Part shown: positions 36,916 to 47,000 of the stretch, piece after piece
How the letters are laid out: every line of letters begins with the position of its first letter
How positions within the stretch are numbered: the stretch's first letter is position 1
The notes under the pieces: model-generated
Told to the model about the DNA's origin: nothing
The model's database searches: none
Seen by the model: the letters and a program-made list of their open reading frames with translations, nothing else
Program-made: the position numbers and the translations under genes
NCBI GenBank assembly: GCA_964489445.1
Contig: CAZAYU010000006.1
Span: 53,518-117,517 of the forward strand
DNA length: 64,000 nucleotides
Origin: an uncultured Planctomycetia bacterium
Lineage (GTDB): Bacteria > Omnitrophota > Gorgyraeia > Duberdicusellales > 4484-171
Direction of reading: 5' to 3'

Positions 36916-38604
36916 TTAATTTTCTGACCTACTTGCTATAAAATCACCGATCACTAAATAATCCATCTCACTGTTTAAAAAAGTACCCACCGCATCATTA
37001 GGAGTGCAAACAATTGGTTCCCCCCGTAAGTTAAAAGATGTGTTCAACAAAATTGGAATACCGGTAAGCGTCTCAAATGCCTTGATTAACCGCCAAAATT
37101 TAGGATTTACCTGCTTAGAAACAGTCTGTACTCGTGCAGTTTTATCGACATGCATAACCCCCGGAATTAGTTCTCTCTTTTCAGCAATTACTTCTCCGGC
37201 CAACAACATAAACGGTGAATGCTGAGTGAGATTAAAATACTCACTCATTTTTTCTTCTAAAATTGCCGGCGCATACGGACGAAAAGATTCACGTTTCTTC
37301 ACTTTTTTATTTATTAGATCCTTAATCCCCGAAAACATCGGATTAGCCAAAATAGAACGATTTCCCAAGGCCCGAGGGCCGTATTCGCTTCTTCCCTGGA
37401 ACCAACCGACTATTTTATTATCTAAAATACGTTTAGCAACAAACTCTAATAGCTCATCTTCGTTAAATTCGGTAAATTTAAAATTTCTAGTTATTAAACA
37501 CCTTTTTATCTCTATCGGAGAAAACTCTGGACCAAGATAAGCAGAATCCATAATAAACTTTCGAGGACGTTTTAAGATTAGATTTTCAATACAACATGCC
37601 ACCCCTAATGCTCCTCCACTATCTCCGGCGGCCGGCTGAATATACACTTTACTAAACGGCGTATTCTCAATAATTTTATTATTAGCTACACAATTTAAAA
37701 ATACTCCTCCGGCTAAACAAAGATTATCCATTTTGGTATTTAAATAGAGACTATTTGCAATATTAATTAAAGTATCTTCTGTTACTTTTTGAAGACTTGC
37801 CGCTATATCACAATGACACTGCTTTATTCCTTCGTTAGCTTTTCTGTTTTTTCCAAAAAGATTTATAAACTGACGGCTATACATCCTTGCCCCTTTATTA
37901 AATCCAAAAAATTTTTGATTAATTCTAAAACTACCATCGGGCTTAGGCTGAATAATCTTATAGAACTTATCAAGATACCTTGGCTGACCGTAAGCAGCCA
38001 ACCCCATGACTTTTCCCTCTCCTTGATGCGCTAAAAACCCTAAATAACTTGTCACCGCAGTATAAAGTAAACCTAATGAATCAGGATAAGTAATTTCCTG
38101 AATAATTTTAATGTCATTTCCTCTGCCTATTCCACAAGTTGTAGTTGTCCACTCACCTACCCCATCCGCAGTTATTATCGCTGCTTCTTTAAACGGAGAA
38201 ACTAAGAATGCACTGGCCGCATGCGATAAATGATGTTTAACAAAAAATACTTTTTTATCAAACCCTAATTCTTTTTTCAATATTAATGGCAATACTAGCC
38301 TATCTTTAAGCCAATTTGGAATCCTTTCTAAGAAACTCCGCAGAGAGAATGGATAAGCTCGAATATGATCAATAATCACTCGTGAAAACTTTAAAAACGG
38401 TTTTTCGTAAAATCCAATATAATCTAAATCACCAAATGCTATTCCTCCGGCCTGAATACAATAGTTAATCGCATTAATCGGAAATACCTCTGAGTTTTTT
38501 ATCCGGTTAAATCTTTCTTCAGAGACAGCAGCAACCACTTTACCATCTTGTAACAAACAAGCAGCGGAGTCATGATAGTAGCAAGATATTCCCAATATAT
38601 TCAT
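36916..38604 (-). CDS. O-carbamoyltransferase (NodU/CmcH/SxtI family)
   Basis: ILGISCYYHDSAA, EERFNR, HHLSHAASAF, DGVGE, EGKVMGLAAYG, AGGVFLN, GPRALGNRSIL, RESFRP, LNTSFN. Confidence 0.97.
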   Translation of the reverse strand: MNILGISCYYHDSAACLLQDGKVVAAVSEERFNRIKNSEVFPINAINYCIQAGGIAFGDLDYIGFYEKPFLKFSRVIIDHIRAYPFSLRSFLERIPNWLKDRLVLPLILKKELGFDKKVFFVKHHLSHAASAFLVSPFKEAAIITADGVGEWTTTTCGIGRGNDIKIIQEITYPDSLGLLYTAVTSYLGFLAHQGEGKVMGLAAYGQPRYLDKFYKIIQPKPDGSFRINQKFFGFNKGARMYSRQFINLFGKNRKANEGIKQCHCDIAASLQKVTEDTLINIANSLYLNTKMDNLCLAGGVFLNCVANNKIIENTPFSKVYIQPAAGDSGGALGVACCIENLILKRPRKFIMDSAYLGPEFSPIEIKRCLITRNFKFTEFNEDELLEFVAKRILDNKIVGWFQGRSEYGPRALGNRSILANPMFSGIKDLINKKVKKRESFRPYAPAILEEKMSEYFNLTQHSPFMLLAGEVIAEKRELIPGVMHVDKTARVQTVSKQVNPKFWRLIKAFETLTGIPILLNTSFNLRGEPIVCTPNDAVGTFLNSEMDYLVIGDFIASRSEN

Positions 38605-38613
38605 TATTGCCGA

Positions 38614-39636
38614 TTACCTTTTAGGAAAATTAGTGTTTAATTTTTTATAGATATCCTCAATGGCTTGATTATTAAAATTAATTTTCAAGCACTCTAAAGC
38701 TTCTTCACGCGTTAACATCCCCTCTCTTATCAATTTGCTCATTTCTACATGATAATGCGTATATCCATAATGTTTTAAAGACTGCTCTACTGATACAAAG
38801 TTTAACCGACAATTAGTTGAATTTTTTGGATAGCTACAAGAAGAAAGCTTCCATTTTAATTCCTTTTTTATTACGTCAGTATACACATCAGAACTAAATG
38901 GTAAAAACCAATGCGGCGATAAAATTATATACTTTTGCTTTTTCCGTGCTTTAGCCAAAACCTCTTCCATACTTCGCGGAAAATCTTTATACTTATCATT
39001 TTTAAAAACATAACTATTGATAAATTCTTTTGTAGCCTTAGCCATTGAATAAAACTCGGGTTGTTTTTGAATATAGTTAGAATGACCAGCACCCGACGAT
39101 TGTCCTTTTGTCCACCCGGCAATAACTAATGGTGTTTTGTACCGTAATGCAATATCCAAGGTAACCTGCATATACCAAATAGAGCAAACATGGCAAATAA
39201 CCGCTTTAGAATTAGTCTTAATAACCTCCGAAAACATATCCTTCATATAAACGCTTTTAAAGAACAACGAATCTACTCCTAATATTTCCACTGCATTCTC
39301 AATATTATTCAACGCGTCTTGATTTTCAAACCCATGATCAAAAGTAAATACTAACGGATTTAAACTATACCGCTTTTTTAAGTAATATAAAGCAGATATA
39401 CTATCTTTTCCACCGCTACACATCAAAAGACAATCATATTTTTGTTTACCTCTATATCGATTAACCGTCCTAATGAAATCTGTTTCTAGCAATTTTGTTT
39501 GTTTATTAGATTTGCTGTTTACTGCATACTCAACGCATATGTTACATACACCTTTGTCATTAAGCCATATGTCCGGTTTCCTTTCTGGCAGCACACACCT
39601 TATGCATTTCTTTTTTGAATAACTATTATCCATCAT
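38614..39636 (-). CDS. PP-loop N-acetyl-sugar amidotransferase-like protein (WbpG/WbuX/PseA-like)
   Basis: CIRC...GVCNIC, YDCL..SGGKDS, CHVC, STNC, LIREG.LTREEAL. Confidence 0.8.
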   Translation of the reverse strand: MMDNSYSKKKCIRCVLPERKPDIWLNDKGVCNICVEYAVNSKSNKQTKLLETDFIRTVNRYRGKQKYDCLLMCSGGKDSISALYYLKKRYSLNPLVFTFDHGFENQDALNNIENAVEILGVDSLFFKSVYMKDMFSEVIKTNSKAVICHVCSIWYMQVTLDIALRYKTPLVIAGWTKGQSSGAGHSNYIQKQPEFYSMAKATKEFINSYVFKNDKYKDFPRSMEEVLAKARKKQKYIILSPHWFLPFSSDVYTDVIKKELKWKLSSCSYPKNSTNCRLNFVSVEQSLKHYGYTHYHVEMSKLIREGMLTREEALECLKINFNNQAIEDIYKKLNTNFPKR

Positions 39637-39718
39637 TTCAAATTTATACCTACCATATATATATTATTTTCTCTATAAATAAAAATGGTACCCTGGAATT
39701 AACTATTACAACAGACTC

Positions 39719-39880
39719 TTAAACTCCGGCGTAGATAAATGTTATCATCGCTGCAGGACCAATATAATACACTAAAAATGCTAAAAGAATAAGCACAATT
39801 AAAATTGGCGCTAAAAAATACATCTTATGCAGCCTAATCATATGAAACATCTCTTTAAGCATATATAAGATTTTTTTCAT
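39719..39880 (-). CDS. small membrane protein, SxtK/DUF5989-like (53 aa; not in ORF track)
   Basis: GGAGG SD then MKKILYMLKEMFHMIRLHKMYFLAPILIVLILLAFLVYYIGPAAMITFIYAGV*; K.YFLAP + TM + FIY signature; lies next to the SxtJ-like and carbamoyltransferase genes. Confidence 0.85.
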   Translation of the reverse strand: MKKILYMLKEMFHMIRLHKMYFLAPILIVLILLAFLVYYIGPAAMITFIYAGV

Positions 39881-39889
39881 AGTATCCTC

Positions 39890-40117
39890 CTATGATTGTC
39901 TTAAGCTATTAATAGTATCGACTCCATATCCTTTTGCTTTAACCCAGGATGTATTATTTTTCTTATGTTTTTTGCGCAAAAATCGCCGACCGCAAACAAA
40001 CAAAAAGATTGTGCTAGCGCCTATGCCTAAAATATAGACAACCGTCAACAATACAGGAATCAATACCTTTTGTACTGTCTGGATATAGCTTTGAATTATT
40101 TTTTTTATTTTACTCAT
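39890..40117 (-). CDS. small membrane protein, SxtJ-like
   Basis: LLTVVYILGIG TM, basic segment, TSW, C-terminal RQS; context with SxtK-like and carbamoyltransferase genes. Confidence 0.7.
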   Translation of the reverse strand: MSKIKKIIQSYIQTVQKVLIPVLLTVVYILGIGASTIFLFVCGRRFLRKKHKKNNTSWVKAKGYGVDTINSLRQS

Positions 40118-40167
40118 AACTATTTTTCGCTATTGATTCCTTATAAGAATTATCATCTACAATCTAA

Positions 40168-41403
40168 TCAATTTTCAAAAAAATTATTCCTGACTACCAC
40201 ATCGTAAATATTTTGAGCCATGACTCCATACCCTTGAGCATTAGGATGTCCCCTGTCTTCTGATAAATATTCTTCTTTGTCTTTCCAAATTTCATTGAAT
40301 CTTTTTTCATTGTCAATGTAGGTAGCTCCATTATTTTCTGCAACTTCTTGCAAAATATAATTCATATCCTTGAAGGACCAAATATCCTCACATTTTGGAT
40401 AATTTTGGATTATTACGGGAATCTCTTTGTCTTTGCAAATATTGATCATCCTTGTAATATCCGAATTAACCCACCCTTGTAGCGTCTTCAAGTACAATAT
40501 TAAATCCTTTTCTCTTTTAATAAAATCTCTGACTATTTCACTTTCTTCTTCAAATTGCGATAAAAACTTAATATTCTCATTCCTTATTTCTGGTTTTTGA
40601 GAAAGAAAATTTGAAATAAAAAATCCTAACGGCTGATATTCATTAGGATTAATTTCTATTGCTTTCTTTGCGTATTCATACGCAATTTCATCATCATGAA
40701 GCATAAGAGCATATATTCTTGCAATTTGCCAATAAGATTCACAATACTCAGGCTCTAATTCCATTGCTATTTTATACCACCTTATCCCTTCCTCCCATTC
40801 TCCTTCATTTTCACAATTCCGTGCTTTATTCCAAGCATTATTAAACTCTTCTGATAAATGAATTTGTCTGTCTTTTTTTTGATCACTCTTAATCTGCTTT
40901 TGTATGTTTTTGGATAATAATTTTACCAATTTGTACACCTTAATCGACTGGATAGAATTATAAATTCTGGCACTTAATGTTTTCTCTTTTGTATATTTAA
41001 TATATCCTTGTGCATACCAAATATTTGCACCTCCAGCTAGAATAACTACTAAGTCCGGATTAAATTCTGCTATCCATCCATCAAATTTCGATAAAATTGA
41101 AAATGTATTGTACCCGCCTACCCCTCGGTTGATAACCTGACAATTTATCTTATTATTATCTGCATTTAACAATTTCTCTAATTGCCGGGGGTAACTTTTA
41201 TCAGAAGGAGCACCGCTACCATGAGTAAATGAATCCCCTACACATAGAATGATATAGCTATTAGCTTCTTTTTGATTGACTTTATCTCTAGCGGCATTTT
41301 TTAGACAAACATACCCTGTCAATCTCAAACCACCTTCAAGTGCTACCAAACAAACAACAATTCCTAGTAAAAAAACAATAAATTTACGTCTTAATAAAAA
41401 CAT
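40168..41403 (-). CDS. membrane-anchored SGNH/GDSL hydrolase/acyltransferase with TPR insert (copy A)
   Basis: TM with LEGGLRL, GDSFTHG, NRGVGG, GGAN, TPRs, DRGHPNAQGY. Confidence 0.9.
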   Translation of the reverse strand: MFLLRRKFIVFLLGIVVCLVALEGGLRLTGYVCLKNAARDKVNQKEANSYIILCVGDSFTHGSGAPSDKSYPRQLEKLLNADNNKINCQVINRGVGGYNTFSILSKFDGWIAEFNPDLVVILAGGANIWYAQGYIKYTKEKTLSARIYNSIQSIKVYKLVKLLSKNIQKQIKSDQKKDRQIHLSEEFNNAWNKARNCENEGEWEEGIRWYKIAMELEPEYCESYWQIARIYALMLHDDEIAYEYAKKAIEINPNEYQPLGFFISNFLSQKPEIRNENIKFLSQFEEESEIVRDFIKREKDLILYLKTLQGWVNSDITRMINICKDKEIPVIIQNYPKCEDIWSFKDMNYILQEVAENNGATYIDNEKRFNEIWKDKEEYLSEDRGHPNAQGYGVMAQNIYDVVVRNNFFEN

Positions 41404-42700
41404 TTATGCTGATAGTTCTAGGAATAAAATATATTCTATTAAAGGCCTGGACAAACTTTATTTTTCTAAATCGGAATTTAGCTTTTTTATATGTTTACAA
41501 ATATTTTGAGCCATGGCTCCATACCCTTGAGCATTAGGATGCCCCCTGTCTATCGATAAATATTCTTCTTTGTCTTTCCAAATTTCATTGAATCTTTTTT
41601 CATTGTCAATGTAGGTAGCTCCATTATTTTCTGCAACTTCTTGCAAAATATAATTCATATCCTTGAAGGACCAAATATCCTCACATTTTGGATAATTTTG
41701 GATTATTACGGGAATCTCTTTGTCTTTGCAAATATTGATCATCCTTGTAATATCCGAATTAACCCACCCTTGTAGCGTCTTCAAGTACAATATTAAATCC
41801 TTTTCTCTTTTAATAAAATCTCTGACTATTTCACTTTCTTCTTCAAATTGCGATAAAAACTTAATATTCTCATTCCTTATTTCTGGTTTTTGAGAAAGAA
41901 AATTTGAAATAAAAAATCCTAACGGCTGATATTCATTAGGATTAATTTCTATTGCTTTCTTTGCGTATTCATACGCAATTTCATCATCATGAAGCATAAG
42001 AGCATATATTCTTGCAATTTGCCAATAAGATTCACAATACTCAGGCTCTAATTCCATTGCTATTTTATACCACCTTATCCCTTCCTCCCATTCTCCTTCA
42101 TTTTCACAATTCCGTGCTTTATTCCAAGCATTATTAAACTCTTCTGATAAATGAATTTGTCTGTCTTTTTTTTGATCACTCTTAATCTGCTTTTGTATGT
42201 TTTTGGATAATAATTTTACCAATTTGTACACCTTAATCGACTGGATAGAATTATAAATTCTGGCACTTAATGTTTTCTCTTTTGTATATTTAATATATCC
42301 TTGTGCATACCAAATATTTGCACCTCCAGCTAGAATAACTACTAAGTCCGGATTAAATTCTGCTATCCATCCATCAAATTTCGATAAAATTGAAAATGTA
42401 TTGTACCCGCCTACCCCTCGGTTGATAACCTGACAATTTATCTTATTATTATCTGCATTTAACAATTTCTCTAATTGCCGGGGGTAACTTTTATCAGAAG
42501 GAGCACCGCTACCATGAGTAAATGAATCCCCTACACATAGAATGATATAGCTATTAGCTTCTTTTTGATTGACTTTATCTCTAGCGGCATTTTTTAGACA
42601 AACATACCCTGTCAATCTCAAACCACCTTCAAGTGCTACCAAACAAACAACAATTCCTAGTAAAAAAACAATAAATTTACGTCTTAATAAAAACATTTAT
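40262..42700. repeat. tandem duplication: 40262-41407 and 41555-42700 (about 1146 bp, offset 1293)
   Basis: The two proteins are identical up to ...EEYLS; spot-checked DNA is identical; the copies diverge only in the last ~30 codons and upstream of the start. Confidence 0.95.
41458..42696 (-). CDS. membrane-anchored SGNH/GDSL hydrolase/acyltransferase with TPR insert (copy B)
   Basis: Same motifs as copy A, different C-terminal tail. Confidence 0.9.
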   Translation of the reverse strand: MFLLRRKFIVFLLGIVVCLVALEGGLRLTGYVCLKNAARDKVNQKEANSYIILCVGDSFTHGSGAPSDKSYPRQLEKLLNADNNKINCQVINRGVGGYNTFSILSKFDGWIAEFNPDLVVILAGGANIWYAQGYIKYTKEKTLSARIYNSIQSIKVYKLVKLLSKNIQKQIKSDQKKDRQIHLSEEFNNAWNKARNCENEGEWEEGIRWYKIAMELEPEYCESYWQIARIYALMLHDDEIAYEYAKKAIEINPNEYQPLGFFISNFLSQKPEIRNENIKFLSQFEEESEIVRDFIKREKDLILYLKTLQGWVNSDITRMINICKDKEIPVIIQNYPKCEDIWSFKDMNYILQEVAENNGATYIDNEKRFNEIWKDKEEYLSIDRGHPNAQGYGAMAQNICKHIKKLNSDLEK

Positions 42701-42943
42701 TTTAGTAATTTTACAAACAGAATTAATTCTAATAACAATCCGAATAAAACTTACCCTGTTGATTATTTCTGCTTCTCTCCTAAAATTTAAAAAACTGACA
42801 CAGCCTTTTATACTATGCTTTAACTAACTTATAGCCTTCCATATTTAACATTAAACATCAACAATAAGTCTAACGAGAAAATATCTGCGGCACTCTTATT
42901 ATTTCCCTAATTTATTTATGCTTCTAACTAAGATAACCTAACA

Positions 42944-43549
42944 TTACTTTATTACTTCTATCTGAGCTTTGGTTTCACTGATTACTCTTTCACAATCTTT
43001 ATACTTCTTAAGAATAGTATTGAAAGTTTTTTTAGCTTTTTTTACTTTTCCTTGTTGCTGGTATACATTACCAGTTCCCAACAACGCCCAAGCACATACT
43101 TCAGGCTGATCAGAATATTTTCGCAAAACAACACTATACGCAGCTAAAGCTTCGTCAAACTTGCCCATTGATGTATATGTATCTCCTATCCCTTTTTGCC
43201 CAGCTGAACAAGCCCACAAATCGTTAGGATATTTAACTAAAGCAGCCTCGTATGCACTTAATGCTTCTTCTTGTTTTCCTATGCGCAGATAAGCATTTGC
43301 CATTCCTATTTGCGCTCTTGCACAAAATACTGAATCATTTGGATGCTCAGCTAAAATAGTTTTATAGATATCTAGAGCTTCTTGATTCTTTCCTTCATTA
43401 AAATATTCGTCAGCTTCAGACACCTTTCCCTCAACTCCGCTTGTCTGTGCTAATGACATATTCTGTTGCCCATTTTGTATCCCAAATATTACAATTGTTG
43501 CCACACACCATGAAATTAACCACAGGGAAATTTTTTTTCCTTTACACAT
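42944..43549 (-). CDS. exported tetratricopeptide repeat protein
   Basis: GGGAGG SD before ATG 43549 (MCKGKKISLWL...), signal peptide, four TPR-like units (CARAQIGMANAY, CSAGQKGIGDTY, CAWALLGTGNVY). Confidence 0.85.
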   Translation of the reverse strand: MCKGKKISLWLISWCVATIVIFGIQNGQQNMSLAQTSGVEGKVSEADEYFNEGKNQEALDIYKTILAEHPNDSVFCARAQIGMANAYLRIGKQEEALSAYEAALVKYPNDLWACSAGQKGIGDTYTSMGKFDEALAAYSVVLRKYSDQPEVCAWALLGTGNVYQQQGKVKKAKKTFNTILKKYKDCERVISETKAQIEVIK

Positions 43550-43717
43550 TTGTCCCTCCCAATTACATTGCTCCAAATTTTTCTAAATCCAAAACAAAAA
43601 ACCTCACTCTCGTATCTTACCACCTCCTTTTTAGTTTTTAATGATATTCTTACCTTTAATTACCAAAATACCAATACTTCATTTAAAAGACTCAAGCGCA
43701 AATATTTGCCTCCAGTA

Positions 43718-44866
43718 TCATTCTCCGGCATTAAGCATTCTTTTTTTAATCTCTTCAATTTCGTCTAAAACGCATATGCTACATTTTTTACAATTTGAAA
43801 TACAATACTCTCCAATAAATTGTTTTGTAAAATCTACAAAATCCTTGTTTTTAAAAAACTTCTTCAGAGATACAAGAGAAAAATAATTTCTCTTATAAAA
43901 TTCATCCCGCATGGAAAAACATTTAGGCATCCTTCCATCTGCCCAAATCGCAAAGGTAATCAAAGGATAATAGCAGCCTATCTTGGAATTTTTGTTAAAT
44001 AATAATTTATTCTTAACCACCGATTTATGGTCTCTGGAATCTTCGATAAAGTCTCTGTTTATTTTAAAATTATTTATGTTAGATCTTATGTGTTTATCGT
44101 AAAAAACTTTTTCTACTTCTGGGATCATCATCAAGAACTCCTCTTTTTGCTGATTAGTCAGCTGTAGCTTCAAGCAATCCTCGTGATCAATCCTTAACGG
44201 CTGTATAAAAAAGTATTCAATATCCATATCATTTAGTATCGATGCAATCTTAGGAATCTGATTATAATTTTCATTGCATAAAACAAACATTATATGCACC
44301 AAAGGGTATCTTTGTTTATACATTTTTTTATATTTAGAAATGCTCTCTAATACAGAAACTGTATTTTTATGCCTTTCCTTATTAAAATATAACTTATCTG
44401 CTACTGATTCGTTGTCTTCATTTAACGTTATATTCAACTGGCTAACAAACTTGCTTTTGACAATATTTCGTATATCCATATCAGTAAGATTGGCACCATT
44501 GGTTATTATTCTTAGAAAAGAATCGACTGCTAACATTTTTTCCAGAAAATAAAACATATTATCTTTATAAAAGAACGGCTCTCCACCACCGAACAAGTGT
44601 ATATCTTTAAAACCGACATCCTCTATATCTATTACAAGTTTATCGATATAATCTTTATTATTAAAAAAGTCCTTTTTAATGCTCACTTTAGTATGTTCCG
44701 CGCAATACTTACAACGATCATTACACTTGTTGGAAGGAAAAACAAATAAACGAACTGGATTGATACCCTGGTAAGAACTCAACTGATATAAATAGCTACT
44801 CATATAATTAGCTACTTTTTCTTCATCAAACTTAAATTTAAATTCTGATAAATTCTGCTTATTCAT
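43718..44866 (-). CDS. radical SAM/twitch protein
   Basis: CNDRCKYC, GGGEPF, ITNG, CYYP...DG.MPKC, CKKCSIC. Confidence 0.9.
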   Translation of the reverse strand: MNKQNLSEFKFKFDEEKVANYMSSYLYQLSSYQGINPVRLFVFPSNKCNDRCKYCAEHTKVSIKKDFFNNKDYIDKLVIDIEDVGFKDIHLFGGGEPFFYKDNMFYFLEKMLAVDSFLRIITNGANLTDMDIRNIVKSKFVSQLNITLNEDNESVADKLYFNKERHKNTVSVLESISKYKKMYKQRYPLVHIMFVLCNENYNQIPKIASILNDMDIEYFFIQPLRIDHEDCLKLQLTNQQKEEFLMMIPEVEKVFYDKHIRSNINNFKINRDFIEDSRDHKSVVKNKLLFNKNSKIGCYYPLITFAIWADGRMPKCFSMRDEFYKRNYFSLVSLKKFFKNKDFVDFTKQFIGEYCISNCKKCSICVLDEIEEIKKRMLNAGE

Positions 44867-44899
44867 AACAAATAATGTTTATCAACAAAACAAGCCATC

Positions 44900-46984
44900 C
44901 TAATCATAATGACAAAACTGCAAACAAGAATTTTTACATTGTTTAGTAATTAACCTCATTTCAGCCGCTTTTTGAGAATACCAAGCATCTTTCAAAGACA
45001 TATCATAGATATTACCACAGCTACCTTGGCAAAAAAATACTTCCGAGCTAGCTTTGCCATTCTTCCAGCAAGGTGCCGTAATAATAATACTTTTATGCCC
45101 GGCACAGCATGGTTTATCTATAGTCCTCTGTGAATAATAATCAAGTAAAAGGTCAAAACTAGGATTTGAATCGACTTTTAGATAAGAATAGCGATGCTCT
45201 TTTATTCTTTGAAAGTTATCACTTAAACATTTTAGTCCATAATTATCGGGCCATAACAAACTGTGCTTACATCCTTTTTTTGAGTATTGAGGATTAGTAT
45301 TATTAACCAGATAAGGAATAAAATTGATTGAATTTACTTTGAGAGCATCAGCTATTTGAGTTAATTTAAATAAATCATTACAATTTTTGCTGAATATTAC
45401 TGTCCCAATGCCTATAGATTTTTTTTTGTTTAATAAACGAAGATGCTTTATTGCTTCCATTGCATGGTCATAGCTACCTTTTCCCCTTATAAAGTCATTG
45501 CTTTCCTTTAATCCATCTAAGGAGAAATGAATATGGTCTATGTGCGATTTAGAAATCATTTCAACCATCTGTTTATTATAAAAACCATTTGTTGTTACTG
45601 AAATATTAAGGCCCAGGCTATTAATATAGCTGGCAATTTCAAATATTTCTGCTACTAAAAACGGCTCACCTCCACTTAACACAACAGTTTTGATATTCAT
45701 CATTCTTGCTTGTCTGGCTATATCAAATATCTTATTCTTATCTACCTTTATATTATTCTGGTTTATGTCTTTTTTTATACTGCAAATGCTACACTTTAAA
45801 TTACAAGATTCCGTAAGCGATATAATTATCATCTCTGGCGGAACAATAGGAACATTCAAAATTCGCGACATGCTGTATTTTCCATTAAGGCTTTTAGAAG
45901 CATACTGATTAAAGTTAGTTGTTTCACTACGCAACGGCCCACAACAATTACTACACGCCGGATCAATCATCTTTCCCGCTAATATTTTTTTCCGTAATGC
46001 ATTTAACGCTTTGCTATCCCATACCTTCAACAAACTATCGTCTATCTTTTCTATTTTATTCTTGATAAGCGAGCAAGGTGAAATGTATCCGTCTTCGGAA
46101 ATAACTAATGTTTTCCATAAATGGATACAATACAATTCCTTTTCATTAAAAATTGCAGACACTGTTGACGATTTTCTTTGAAAATTTTTATAAAGAGAAA
46201 TTATAAAATCAATATTGTGTTGTATCCTTGTTTCAAATCTTTTTTTTGATAAAATATCTATCAACTCTTTTTGCTGTTCATCAGAAAGAGACATGCCCCT
46301 TGCCCCTTCATGTACTTCCAGCAAAGGCATAAAATGTATCTCATCAACTCCCTGGTTAATACAATATTCCATAAATAGATCTAGATGGCCATAGTTCTCA
46401 TTAGAAATTACCGGGCAAACTCTGATTAATGTATAACTTATATGATTATTCTTTTTAGCCATTTGAATAAACTTAAAAATTTTATTTACTTTAGCAAAAC
46501 ATCCATTTACCCCACGTATCTTATCGTGAACTTTTTCTAAATGTGAATCAAGACTTATTCGTAGAATATCCCACCCAACAGCCACTAATCGTTGGGCAAT
46601 TTCGGCATTAAGAAGCAAGCCGTTAGTTATCAAAATACCCTTCATATTACAAGCCTTGATCATTTCTAAAATATCAATTAGCTGCGGATACAGAAAAGGT
46701 TCGCCTCCTCTACCTCCAATATTCCAAGCTAAAGAACCATTTCTGCTAGATTGTTCAACTAGCGAAAGCATCCTTTTTTGTGGTATTATTCCTTCAAAGC
46801 TATCAACTGTTTTTTGATCATACCCTCCACAATAAGCACAATGTGAATTACAATTGTAGGTAGGGAACCACTCAATCATCTCTGGCCCTTGTAAGTTGTA
46901 ATAGATTGATTTTGCTAACCTATCTAAAGGTGTTAAAAGTGTTTTATTTATTAGATTTTGATATTTCACCATTTCTTGTCCCAT
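44900..46984 (-). CDS. double radical SAM protein (two complete rSAM+twitch modules)
   Basis: CNSHCAYC/GGEPF ... CSNCC, then CNLKCSIC/SGGEPF ... CKNSCLQFC. Confidence 0.92.
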   Translation of the reverse strand: MGQEMVKYQNLINKTLLTPLDRLAKSIYYNLQGPEMIEWFPTYNCNSHCAYCGGYDQKTVDSFEGIIPQKRMLSLVEQSSRNGSLAWNIGGRGGEPFLYPQLIDILEMIKACNMKGILITNGLLLNAEIAQRLVAVGWDILRISLDSHLEKVHDKIRGVNGCFAKVNKIFKFIQMAKKNNHISYTLIRVCPVISNENYGHLDLFMEYCINQGVDEIHFMPLLEVHEGARGMSLSDEQQKELIDILSKKRFETRIQHNIDFIISLYKNFQRKSSTVSAIFNEKELYCIHLWKTLVISEDGYISPCSLIKNKIEKIDDSLLKVWDSKALNALRKKILAGKMIDPACSNCCGPLRSETTNFNQYASKSLNGKYSMSRILNVPIVPPEMIIISLTESCNLKCSICSIKKDINQNNIKVDKNKIFDIARQARMMNIKTVVLSGGEPFLVAEIFEIASYINSLGLNISVTTNGFYNKQMVEMISKSHIDHIHFSLDGLKESNDFIRGKGSYDHAMEAIKHLRLLNKKKSIGIGTVIFSKNCNDLFKLTQIADALKVNSINFIPYLVNNTNPQYSKKGCKHSLLWPDNYGLKCLSDNFQRIKEHRYSYLKVDSNPSFDLLLDYYSQRTIDKPCCAGHKSIIITAPCWKNGKASSEVFFCQGSCGNIYDMSLKDAWYSQKAAEMRLITKQCKNSCLQFCHYD

Positions 46985-47000
46985 CTAACATCATGTCTAA

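Noticed and set aside
36916-40117. Saxitoxin biosynthesis
   Set aside because: Only sxtI/J/K-like genes are present, with no sxtA, sxtG or other core genes.
40168-42700. Diversity-generating retroelement template/variable repeat pair
   Set aside because: No reverse transcriptase is seen, the repeat is gene-length, and the mismatches are not confined to adenines of one copy.
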